A stretch of DNA of 64,000 bases. It comes from Candidatus Thorarchaeota archaeon (GTDB lineage Archaea > Asgardarchaeota > Thorarchaeia > Thorarchaeales > Thorarchaeaceae). The position numbers were made by a program, and so were the translations under genes. The stretch is from the NCBI GenBank assembly GCA_029855935.1, contig JAGSHN010000018.1:64001-128000 (forward strand). Direction: 5' to 3'. Shown piece after piece: positions 18,468 through 27,460 of the stretch. Each line of letters opens with the position of its first letter. The stretch's first letter is position 1. The notes under the pieces were generated by a model. The model saw only the letters and a program-made list of their open reading frames with translations, searched no databases and was not told the DNA's origin.

Positions 18468-19886
18468 ATGAGGCTGCCCGCGTACAACTATGCGATTGAG
18501 GACCTCGAATGGGTACCACATTTCATCTCTGAGGTGAGGGACTACTTCTTCGTACGACCACACGACAACCTGCTGATACTCCGACCCAACAAGGTCATGC
18601 ATCTCAATCAGACAGCAGTGGAGATGCTGAAAAGGCTGCTTGAGGGGCAGAGCCCTGAGCAGGTCGTAGAGGCATTTGTGAAGAGAGGGGTCCACAGGCA
18701 GACAGTGATGAACGACCTCGCAGCGTTCGTCGAAGACCTGCGAGAGATGGTCTCGGGAAACCAGAACATCTACTCCTACCGCACGGCACGGATCGTCCCC
18801 TTCGGAAAGAGCGAGATCAAGTATCCCGTTCTGAGCGAGATAGCTCTGACGTACAGATGCAACAACAGATGCAAGTTCTGCTATGCTTATTCCCCCTATC
18901 GCGAGTCGGGCGAGATGACGACGGATGAGGTCAAGCGGGTGATTGACATCATCGCCGATGATGCTCACGTCCCCAGCCTGTCCTTCACTGGTGGCGAGCC
19001 GACTCTCAGAGACGACCTGTTCGAGCTGATCCGTTACGGACGCCAGAAGGGTCTGAGGATGAACCTCATCACCAATGGTCGACGGTGTGCTGACCCCGAC
19101 TTTGTCCAGCGGCTCGTGGAGGCAGGACTGAACAGTGCACAGGTCTCGGTCGAGGGGCCTGATGCAGAAACCCACGATGGTATAGTCGGTGTGAGAGGCG
19201 CCTTCGAGCAGACCGTAAAGGGGGTGAAGAACCTCAGGGCGACTGACATCTACACGCACTGCAACACCACAATCTGCAGGCCCAATGTCGACCGACTGGA
19301 GGACCTTGTCGACTTCTACAAGGACGAGCTGGGTCTCTCATACTTCAGTATGAATATGGTCATCTACACGGGGACCGCCGCAAAGCTGCGCGATGAACTG
19401 CAGATAAGATACTCGGAGATAGGTGACATCGTGCGAAGAGTACGCAGGCGTGCCAAGAGGAGGGGCATCGAGTTTGTGTGGTACGCCCCGACACCCGTGT
19501 GCCTCTTCAATCCCATTGCCAACGGTCTGGGAGCCAAGATGTGCGCGGCCTGCGATGGTCTGCTGTCCGTCGACGCAGAGGGGGGCCTCCTGCCGTGCTC
19601 CAGCTTCAGCGAGCCAGTTGGCAACCTGCTCAGAGAGGGCTTCGAGAAGGTCTGGTACAGTCGTGCGGCGAAGTTCTGGAGGAACAAGGAATACGCGCCA
19701 GAGGGCTGCAGGAGATGTGATATGTTCGACTACTGCATGGGTGCCTGCCCGCTATACTGGGATGTACAGGGCTATGACGAGATCAAGGACCAGTGGCCAA
19801 GGCGCAGCGCAGCAGCCTCAAAGATCGATGAGTGGAGGCTGACCCTGCGGAGGAGGATAAAGGGGCATCAGCACGGCATTACGTAG
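18468..19886 (+). CDS. Radical SAM/SPASM protein with an N-terminal PqqD/RRE-like domain
   Basis: CNNRCKFC, FTGGEP, ITNG; SPASM CAAC...GGLLPC...CRRCDMFDYCMGAC; N-terminal HLNQTAVEMLKRLLEGQSPEQV is RRE-like. Confidence 0.93.
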   Translation: MRLPAYNYAIEDLEWVPHFISEVRDYFFVRPHDNLLILRPNKVMHLNQTAVEMLKRLLEGQSPEQVVEAFVKRGVHRQTVMNDLAAFVEDLREMVSGNQNIYSYRTARIVPFGKSEIKYPVLSEIALTYRCNNRCKFCYAYSPYRESGEMTTDEVKRVIDIIADDAHVPSLSFTGGEPTLRDDLFELIRYGRQKGLRMNLITNGRRCADPDFVQRLVEAGLNSAQVSVEGPDAETHDGIVGVRGAFEQTVKGVKNLRATDIYTHCNTTICRPNVDRLEDLVDFYKDELGLSYFSMNMVIYTGTAAKLRDELQIRYSEIGDIVRRVRRRAKRRGIEFVWYAPTPVCLFNPIANGLGAKMCAACDGLLSVDAEGGLLPCSSFSEPVGNLLREGFEKVWYSRAAKFWRNKEYAPEGCRRCDMFDYCMGACPLYWDVQGYDEIKDQWPRRSAAASKIDEWRLTLRRRIKGHQHGIT

Positions 19887-19927
19887 AGAGTGCAGACTAA
19901 TAGGGGGCCTCGTTTCACACGCAGGGT

Positions 19928-21061
19928 ATGCATATCGACGACCTTGTCACTCCGTCTGTCCTTGTGGACCGTCCCAGGCTCCTGCGCAACATCGAGCGGA
20001 TGGCAAGAAGGACCCGTGAGCTTGGTGTCGCTCTCCGGCCGCACGTCAAGACCCACAAGTGCATAGAGATAGCGAGGATGCAGGGGAGTGCTGGCATCAG
20101 AGGCATCACCGTGTCAACCCTGTTCGAGGCCCGGGTCTTCGCAGATGCGGGATTCGATGACATCACCTATGCTTTCCCCATCGCGCCTGACAAGTTCAGT
20201 GTTCCAGGTCAGCTCGCTGAACGCGTGAGTCTCAACGTCATCCTCGACAATCCTGTCACCGTTGATGCACTATCCGAATACTGTGAGAGCAATGACCTCA
20301 TAATGAATGTCCTGCTCAAGGTCGATGTGGGCTACCATCGTGCAGGAGTTCTGTGGGACGATCCTGCCGCGATACATCTTGTTGAGAGAATTGCGCGTGC
20401 TGGTGGTCTGGAGTTCAGAGGAATCCTCACTCACGAGGGCCACGTATACGACGCCTCTACACCAGATGAGATCAGAGAGATCGAGATGACCTCGCAGAGG
20501 AGGATGGTTGACCTTGCGGAACGACTGGCTCGTCACGATGAGCGACTGCGCCCTGAGGTGGTGTCTGTCGGCTCCACTCCGGGCTGTTCGTTGATGACCG
20601 AGGTTGTTGACGGGATAACCGAGGTCCGCCCGGGGAACTACGTCTTCTATGACTACGAGCAGGTCGCTCTCGGCTCCTGCACGATAGATGACTGCGCATT
20701 GCTGGTGCTTGCATCGGTCGTCGGAACGTATGGGGACAGGCTCATCATTGATGCTGGAGCCACCACACTCTCGGTGGACGCGGGACCAGTACATCTCGAA
20801 CCAGACTGCGGGTTCGGAAAGATTGTGAGCAACGGGGTTCACCGCTCGATCGATGATGCATTGGTGATTGCGGGTCTGTCACAAGAGCACGGAAAGATCA
20901 GAGTGAGAGAGAAGGGGGCCTCAGCAAGATATCGGGTGGGGGACCGCCTCTGGATTGTTCCCAATCACTCGTGCCTGACCGCCAACCTGTCGGACTGGTA
21001 CGTCGTCGTCGATGGTGATAGAGTAGTCGACAGGTGGGGAATTCATCGCGGCCGGCTGTGA
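19928..21061 (+). CDS. Fold-type III PLP enzyme, D-threonine aldolase / D-serine dehydratase (DSD1) family
   Basis: TPS, RPHVKTHK, HRAG, EVRPGNYVFYD, SQEHG, PNHSC. Confidence 0.9.
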   Translation: MHIDDLVTPSVLVDRPRLLRNIERMARRTRELGVALRPHVKTHKCIEIARMQGSAGIRGITVSTLFEARVFADAGFDDITYAFPIAPDKFSVPGQLAERVSLNVILDNPVTVDALSEYCESNDLIMNVLLKVDVGYHRAGVLWDDPAAIHLVERIARAGGLEFRGILTHEGHVYDASTPDEIREIEMTSQRRMVDLAERLARHDERLRPEVVSVGSTPGCSLMTEVVDGITEVRPGNYVFYDYEQVALGSCTIDDCALLVLASVVGTYGDRLIIDAGATTLSVDAGPVHLEPDCGFGKIVSNGVHRSIDDALVIAGLSQEHGKIRVREKGASARYRVGDRLWIVPNHSCLTANLSDWYVVVDGDRVVDRWGIHRGRL

Positions 21062-21078
21062 GCAGAGGACTCGACAAC

Positions 21079-21792
21079 TCAGTCGACACGATTGACTATC
21101 AGATGTCCGCAGTAGGGACACTCCTCCTCTTCGCCAGGGAGGACAGGGGCCTCGAGACGTCCTCCGCACTGAGGACACTTCGTGATGGCACGAGGCAGCT
21201 CGGCAACAGCCTCTGCGGTGTACACGACCCTCGAGTTCCGGTCAATCGTCCCACGGAACTTTCCAGCACGAGAGAGTTCCTCCAGTGCCTCCACGATCTG
21301 CTCGTCCGTCGCATTGGTCACACGGGATATCTGATCGAACGTCATCCTCCGCTGAGCATAGAGAAGATGAAGCAGACTCTCCTGCAGGCTCACTGCACCG
21401 GGACTGACAATCTCACCATGTGCTGCGTCGAGATACACGAGCGGGAACTTCCGGCGTGCCAGAGCCTCAGCCACATCTGCAACGTCCGAGACGCTGACGC
21501 CCAACTCCCGAGCGGCGGCCTCCAACCCTATGCGTCCCTCTCTCTGCACGAGCGCGATGACTCTGCTGGACACATCACCAATTCTTGCCGCGCGCGTTCC
21601 CTTGATCAGTAGCCACAGTCCCACAGCGAGCTCGGGCAGGCCAAGGATGGCCCATGATATCACCACCGCGGAGATAAACGTCGTGGACGATCCGGCTGCC
21701 ACCTTCAGGGCAGACTGGTAGACGAGCACTGACATGAATGCTGAGACAGCAATCAGCACGATTCCAAGGAACTGGAGTAGGCGTGCATTCAT
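21079..21792 (-). CDS. 2-TM protein with tandem winged-helix (PCI-like) domains and a C-terminal Zn ribbon
   Basis: Two N-terminal TM helices; LEELSRAGKFRGTIDRNSRVV; CPQCG...CPYCG. Confidence 0.7.
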   Translation of the reverse strand: MNARLLQFLGIVLIAVSAFMSVLVYQSALKVAAGSSTTFISAVVISWAILGLPELAVGLWLLIKGTRAARIGDVSSRVIALVQREGRIGLEAAARELGVSVSDVADVAEALARRKFPLVYLDAAHGEIVSPGAVSLQESLLHLLYAQRRMTFDQISRVTNATDEQIVEALEELSRAGKFRGTIDRNSRVVYTAEAVAELPRAITKCPQCGGRLEAPVLPGEEEECPYCGHLIVNRVD

Positions 21793-22338
21793 CGAGATTC
21801 ACTCTTGTTTCGCAATGGCAATTGGGGAATTATATATTTCCAGATCGGGAGTGAGCATAGATTGACAACACATACAAGATTGAAGCGCGCCCACATCAGC
21901 ATAGAAGCGTGTCTGAGAGCAATCCTCTTGCCTATCGAATCGTCGCGCAATCAAGAGAGAGAACCTACTACGTATCGGAGAAACAGAGCAGGGACTGGAG
22001 GTATGTGCGATTGTGGAGCGGGCGTTGATATCGTTTTTCCTCACAAGAACGAACGGAATGATAGGAAGGGACATTCCGAGTCGGCAAAGCTGCCACTGAC
22101 TCGGGGAATTCAATCAGACACAAGATGATGCCAGCGGAACTTGGTCACTTCGTAAATCGCCTCGTACCAAGCCCATTGAGAATCCTGCTACCATTCCCTA
22201 TTGGGATTTCGTTCTTGTGGGCGCGAGGCTTCTCATTTCTTGGCTCAAGACAAGACCAGTTGGAATGAACCGTTGCCCATATCGCGAAACATTCATTTCA
22301 AAGAATGAGGGAGAAGAACAGGGACGGGAAAGACCACA

Positions 22339-23832
22339 ATGCAAGAAGAAGGAACTGATCTCTCCACGGACTTCGTGCGATTCCATATCACGAATCTTGG
22401 ACCATTGAGGAAAGCTACGATTGTCCTGCGCCCATTGTCGGTTTTCATTGGTCCAAACAATGCTGGAAAGTCGTATGTGGCCACAATCATCCACGCGCTT
22501 GGCACTTCGTTTCTCTCGGCGGAATTCCCTTGGAGGGCAGTCTTTTCTTCCGATGACTACGTAGTAGATAAGAAGAAACGTCTTGATGCGAAGTTGCTGG
22601 AGAAAATTGTTCAAGCAGTGGGCTCCAATCTCGGAGATCTGGGCGTTGTCGGAGGACTCGTAGAGGATCGCACGGCGAAGATTGTCCGCTGGACACTTGC
22701 GGGACTAGAGCGCTCAATATCCGGTGAGATAGTGCGTTCATTCTCCTGTAGGCTCAGCGACATCGTTAGATTCGGCGCCAACAAGATGAGGATAGTAGTG
22801 GAGAACAGGTATTCGGACTACGAAGTCACTGTATCAAAGACTGGCGAGGTCAGCCTCAGAGTTCGCGACATTCACTTGCCGATCAAGAGAGCAGACTCTG
22901 GCATTCCCTACATACCATCAATCAATCGTGAAGTCATTGCAGGCTGGATCTCACACCTTTTGACGGCAAGCAAACCTGAGCAAGCGGCTCGAGCCATTGC
23001 CGATGTGGCTGTTGTCCTGACAACGCTGGGCATACTCTATCCCCTCGTCGGAGTAACAAACAGCCTGTACCTTCCAGCAGCAAGAGGCGGTTCTGTCCAG
23101 ACCTATCGCTCACTTGCAGCTGAGTATGTTCTTCAGCTTCCATTTGCCCTCTCCGAGCCCCAGTCAAGGCCACCCACCCTGAGCAAGACGATGGCTTTGC
23201 TCTTCGCAAAGATGATTAACATGCCCGATGAGAGAGGCCCATTGGCCGAGATTGCTGAGGAGTATGAGGCTAGAACGACAGGAGGACACATTGAAATAGT
23301 ACAAGACTCAAAGCATAAACTTCCACGTCTAGAGTTCAGATATGCCGGGCATTCAATGGGACTTCAGAGGGTCTCATCCTCGATATCAGAACTGGCTCCG
23401 CTGTATTTGTATCTAAAGTATTATGTCACACCGAAGTCAATGTTGACAATCGAGGAGCCAGAGGCCCATCTTCATCCGGAGAACCAGCTGATAGTTGCAA
23501 AACTGATTGCCCGCCTAGTCAACGAGGGAGTTGTCCTGCTAGTCACGACACATAGCGACTATCTGCTAAATCAGCTGAGCAACTGTATTGGTGCATCAAG
23601 ACTCACATCCGAACAAAAACAAGCACTTGGCATTCTAGACAGCGAAACTTTGCCATCTGACAAGGTGGCCATATATCTATTCGAAACAGTTGGTGATGGA
23701 GAATTCACAACACGACAACTATGCATAGACTGGGAAGGTATCCCGGATGATGAGTTCTCAAAGGTATATGAGCAACTATATGAACAGTCGGTATTGATAG
23801 ATACTGCACTCTCTCGCCCTGGTGACAGGTGA
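22339..23832 (+). CDS. ABC-type (AAA_15/AAA_21, AbiEii/OLD-like) ATPase
   Basis: ITNLGP, GPNNAGKS, YLPAARG, VSSSISE, IEEPEAHLHP, TTHS. Confidence 0.9.
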   Translation: MQEEGTDLSTDFVRFHITNLGPLRKATIVLRPLSVFIGPNNAGKSYVATIIHALGTSFLSAEFPWRAVFSSDDYVVDKKKRLDAKLLEKIVQAVGSNLGDLGVVGGLVEDRTAKIVRWTLAGLERSISGEIVRSFSCRLSDIVRFGANKMRIVVENRYSDYEVTVSKTGEVSLRVRDIHLPIKRADSGIPYIPSINREVIAGWISHLLTASKPEQAARAIADVAVVLTTLGILYPLVGVTNSLYLPAARGGSVQTYRSLAAEYVLQLPFALSEPQSRPPTLSKTMALLFAKMINMPDERGPLAEIAEEYEARTTGGHIEIVQDSKHKLPRLEFRYAGHSMGLQRVSSSISELAPLYLYLKYYVTPKSMLTIEEPEAHLHPENQLIVAKLIARLVNEGVVLLVTTHSDYLLNQLSNCIGASRLTSEQKQALGILDSETLPSDKVAIYLFETVGDGEFTTRQLCIDWEGIPDDEFSKVYEQLYEQSVLIDTALSRPGDR

Positions 23833-24326
23833 GCCATATGAGCGTGGTTACCTGCATCAGGAAAGAGTATGCCAACTATGTATATCGATGCAGGGAGAGA
23901 GGAAGCAGGGTCGATACTACTGGTATTGAATGTGTTGTACTCTGGGGCGATGCGATTGAGAGAGATTTCATTGGGAATGCCATGCTTCGTAAGAGCTGTG
24001 ATTGCATCATCATATCCGAATGGAAGGAGGATGTTATAGTCCTTTTTGTTGAACTAAAGAGGGGAACTGTCAAGGCGGACGATTGCATCGTCAAGATGCA
24101 GACCTGCTACGAACACGCCACGAATATTCTTCAGCACTGCTCAATTCGGCCGACTGGCTGGAATCCAATCTTTCTCGTTGTTCATAGACGTATGAAGACA
24201 CACGAGATGGCTCAGCTGAGATCGAAACGAATGAGATGCGGCGGAAAGAGATATCCAATATGGTCGCGGCCGAGCCCATTGAAATTACGGGAGCTTGTGG
24301 AGAGATGGCATCAATTCGTCCAATGA
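23829..24326 (+). CDS. Putative PD-(D/E)xK nuclease-fold protein
   Basis: KSCDCII...VLFVELKRG; GTGA overlap with the ATPase stop codon. Confidence 0.65.
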   Translation: MSHMSVVTCIRKEYANYVYRCRERGSRVDTTGIECVVLWGDAIERDFIGNAMLRKSCDCIIISEWKEDVIVLFVELKRGTVKADDCIVKMQTCYEHATNILQHCSIRPTGWNPIFLVVHRRMKTHEMAQLRSKRMRCGGKRYPIWSRPSPLKLRELVERWHQFVQ

Positions 24327-24541
24327 GAGTCAGAATCCGATTCAACTCAATATGAGTTGCTCATTGAGTCGGTACTTACTGAGTGCGTGAGAATCAGCAA
24401 GCACATGCTGGCAACGTGACGGATGCCAGATACCTATTGGGGTGTTCCCCAGATAATCGGCGGAGTATCTGCCCGAATGATTTAATTAGAGAGAAAGACA
24501 CTGTGAGAAACACGTTACACACCCTGAAGGACGTATTTGCA

Positions 24542-24964
24542 ATGGTGATTGACAGAGAGGGAGCCACATCGGCAGTCATATTGCACTTCAAATCGGGAGA
24601 GCCTGCAAGTCTTCCGGCGGAGTTTGTTGCAGACATCGGTGAAAGCACCGCGCTCACGGTCCTTCACCACAAGGACAGGATCATGAAGATCTACCCTGTG
24701 GAGTCTGACAACATCTATCTGCTTCGCATCGAGATCAGCGACCTGTCCAGGGATTTCCTAAAGCAGCTAAACTTCTCCTTCAACGATGCAAAGCTGTCGG
24801 ACATCATCTTCACCACTGGCGTCTGCCTGCGGGGGGAGAAGTGCTACTACGAGTGCTACTTTGTGCCGGACCAGCTCGTTGTGTCGCTGGATGAGCTCCA
24901 GAACAGCCTCGAGAAGATCCCAGGCGTCTCACGTGTTGTCCTTCGAAGGGTTGAGTCTTCATAG
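24542..24964 (+). CDS. Hypothetical protein, possibly with an ACT-like C-terminal domain
   Basis: Host-like codon usage from ATG 24542; ends LEKIPGVSRV. Confidence 0.65.
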   Translation: MVIDREGATSAVILHFKSGEPASLPAEFVADIGESTALTVLHHKDRIMKIYPVESDNIYLLRIEISDLSRDFLKQLNFSFNDAKLSDIIFTTGVCLRGEKCYYECYFVPDQLVVSLDELQNSLEKIPGVSRVVLRRVESS

Positions 24965-25063
24965 GGGACCCAACGCGGCCTGCATTTGCATGGGCCGGCT
25001 CTGATTCAACGAGAATGGGACCGTTCAGGGGGCTCGGTCTGCGGGGAGCACAACAAATATAGC

Positions 25064-25852
25064 TTAGTCGAGGACATCTTCGACGTAGTCCCTCAGATTC
25101 CGCGGCACATATGAGGCGAGAAAGCCTCTGAGTACAGTCTCCTCATCACGGATTATGTCATAGCTCTCGAAGTGGTTGAGCACATTATTCAGGTCGCGCC
25201 TGAGTAGCCTCACTGCGACCTCAAGGTTGCACCACGGGTCCACATGATAGGCCTGTGGCATGTCGATAAACCATGCTCGGTTGCGCCACCAGAGAATGTT
25301 GTACGGGCTGAGGTCTCCGTGGACGTAATGGGCACGACTGTACATTGCAAGATAGTCTGCCAGAATCTGGTCGAGCACAGCCCCGGGATCCTCTGGGTGA
25401 ACCTCCCTCAGTCGGGGTGCTGGTGTCGTACCATCACCAATGAACCGCATCGTGACATAGTTGGCAACGCGACCCACAGGAGTGGGCACGGGGACGCCCG
25501 CTCGAAAGGAGACCAGTAGCACGTCGTACTCTTTGGCTGCAAGTACCTCCATTCGACCAGGAGCAAAGAAGCCCCGCTTCTTGCCAGCACGTGATGTACG
25601 CCACAGCCGGTAGGCCTTCAGCACAAGTGGGAATCCATTGAGGACACCAAGATAGACATCGGCCTCCTTTCCCGACCTCAGCTGTAGAATGACCTCTGAC
25701 ACAAGGCCGAACTCCATTGCATCCTGTCGGACCTCTGCAAGGGTCAGTTCGTGGATGGCAACCGACTGGCCCGAACGACCCCCTCGTTGTCGACTGCGTT
25801 TGAACCGTGTCACACTTGATTTGGATGGATTGAATCTCTCAACAGGACACAC
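25064..25852 (-). CDS. rio1: RIO1-family Ser/Thr kinase
   Basis: SGKEADVY, HGDLSPYNIL, IDMPQA, RDLNNV. Confidence 0.9.
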   Translation of the reverse strand: MCPVERFNPSKSSVTRFKRSRQRGGRSGQSVAIHELTLAEVRQDAMEFGLVSEVILQLRSGKEADVYLGVLNGFPLVLKAYRLWRTSRAGKKRGFFAPGRMEVLAAKEYDVLLVSFRAGVPVPTPVGRVANYVTMRFIGDGTTPAPRLREVHPEDPGAVLDQILADYLAMYSRAHYVHGDLSPYNILWWRNRAWFIDMPQAYHVDPWCNLEVAVRLLRRDLNNVLNHFESYDIIRDEETVLRGFLASYVPRNLRDYVEDVLD

Positions 25853-26083
25853 TGCTCAGTGCATCTCCTCTGTTCTCAGCACCTGTGGACTGCCCCGTGT
25901 ACGCATGGAGTGACTGTCACACGGGAACAGTGGAGCACGTGTCAGATGTTCGTCGTCACTGGGTGGCTAGGAGATCGCGTGCCACCGCCTAGGTCATCAG
26001 AACGAGCAACAGTCCGCACGGTCAACCCGATCTGTCCGGCTACACCGACACGTGCGAAGTGAGTCGAGCCTCCAGAACCAGAG

Positions 26084-26164
26084 TCACTGGAGAACGGTCT
26101 GACCGGTGCAGATTGTTGCTACAACAAGTCCGTCTTCAACTGTCACAACATTCACCAACGCCAT
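26084..26164 (-). CDS. Candidate 26-aa small ORF upstream of rio1
   Basis: AGGAGGTG SD, then ATG: MALVNVVTVEDGLVVATICTGQTVLQ*. Confidence 0.3.
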   Translation of the reverse strand: MALVNVVTVEDGLVVATICTGQTVLQ

Positions 26165-26357
26165 ACCAATCTGCACCTCCTGTTCTCCTTTGTCGGCTCC
26201 TCTACAACGTGGACAGTGAAATACTTTTGCCCGCTTGGTCTTGAGCGATAGTGACCGCGGCCGTTCGCCGGTGAATCGCTGGCAGAGGACTTAATATCTC
26301 TCAGACGCTCCGGTTGCGCCACCGCACAGCCCCATCCAACACGGAGTCCCATCAAGA

Positions 26358-27410
26358 ATGAAGACCACTCACCGAGTCATCTGTGGCGACGCGCGAGATA
26401 TGGCAGAGCTGGAGTCGTCATCGGTCGACCTGATTGTCACATCGCCACCATACCCTATGATTCAGATGTGGGACGAGACATTCTCGATGATGAACACAGA
26501 GATTGAGGAGGCCCTCAATGCTGCAGACGGGCCACAGGCCTTTGAACTGATGCATCAGGAACTCGATTGTGCGTGGAGGGAGTGCCACCGTGTTCTCAAA
26601 GAGGGCGGGATCATCTGCATCAATGTCGGCGATGCCACCCGGACCGTGGGCGAGGAATTCAGGCTCTATCCCAACCACTCGAGAGTACTGACCACGCTGA
26701 CAGCGCTCGGTCTCAGGGTGCTGCCGTGGATCATCTGGAGAAAGCCGACCAATGCGCCCAACAAGTTCATGGGCTCCGGGATGCTCCCACCCGGGGCGTA
26801 CGTCACTCTTGAGCACGAGTTCATTCTCATCGCCCGGAAGGGAAACAGGCGGTTGTTCGCATCTGGTGAGGAAAGGAGCCGGAGAAGGCAGAGCGCATAC
26901 TTCTGGGAGGAACGGAACCAGTGGTTCTCCGACGTCTGGACCGATCTCACCGGGACCTCTCAGCCGCTTCAGTCAGAGACCACGCGGTCGCGCAGCGCGG
27001 CCTTTCCCGTTGAGCTGCCGTATCGGCTGATTCAGATGTTCTCCATCCGTGGTGACACTGTCCTCGACCCATTCGCAGGAGTCGGCACAACACTTGTGGC
27101 CGCGGTAATCACGGCCCGTCATAGCATCGGCATAGAGATTGAGGCTGGCCTGATACCGCTGATCCTACGACGACTGGTCGACGGCGTAGAACTGGGACAA
27201 CAGACCGTGCAGCAGAGGTATAGGGCGCACGTGCAGTTCCTCAGACAGAGGGATAGCACAAAGACTCCACCAAGGTATCACAACAGAAGTCTTGACGTGG
27301 ATGTGATGACAAGTCAGGAGACCGATATGGTGTGGGTCGTCCCAGTCTCGGCGCAGACTGCGGAGGACGGCACTGTGATCATTGACTACGAGCCGTTCAA
27401 GGTCGAATAG
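26358..27410 (+). CDS. Site-specific DNA methyltransferase (beta class, N4-C/N6-A), orphan
   Basis: VTSPPY, AAFPVELP, VLDPFAGVGTT; no adjacent endonuclease. Confidence 0.93.
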   Translation: MKTTHRVICGDARDMAELESSSVDLIVTSPPYPMIQMWDETFSMMNTEIEEALNAADGPQAFELMHQELDCAWRECHRVLKEGGIICINVGDATRTVGEEFRLYPNHSRVLTTLTALGLRVLPWIIWRKPTNAPNKFMGSGMLPPGAYVTLEHEFILIARKGNRRLFASGEERSRRRQSAYFWEERNQWFSDVWTDLTGTSQPLQSETTRSRSAAFPVELPYRLIQMFSIRGDTVLDPFAGVGTTLVAAVITARHSIGIEIEAGLIPLILRRLVDGVELGQQTVQQRYRAHVQFLRQRDSTKTPPRYHNRSLDVDVMTSQETDMVWVVPVSAQTAEDGTVIIDYEPFKVE

Positions 27411-27460
27411 AGGGCATTCAGACAGCCCCTCTCATAGACACGACTTCTCCGCCACGAGTG

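Noticed and set aside
18417-19259. 280-aa minus-strand ORF, and similar long antisense ORFs throughout the window
   Set aside because: Shadow ORFs of well-supported genes in GC-rich DNA.
19928-21061. DSD1-like PLP enzyme as a tailoring enzyme of the radical SAM system
   Set aside because: It is only 41 nt downstream, but the family acts on free D-amino acids; there is no support without synteny data.
21805-22128. 107-aa ORF upstream of the ATPase as a third defence gene
   Set aside because: No motif or SD, and competing ORFs on both strands; probably decayed sequence.
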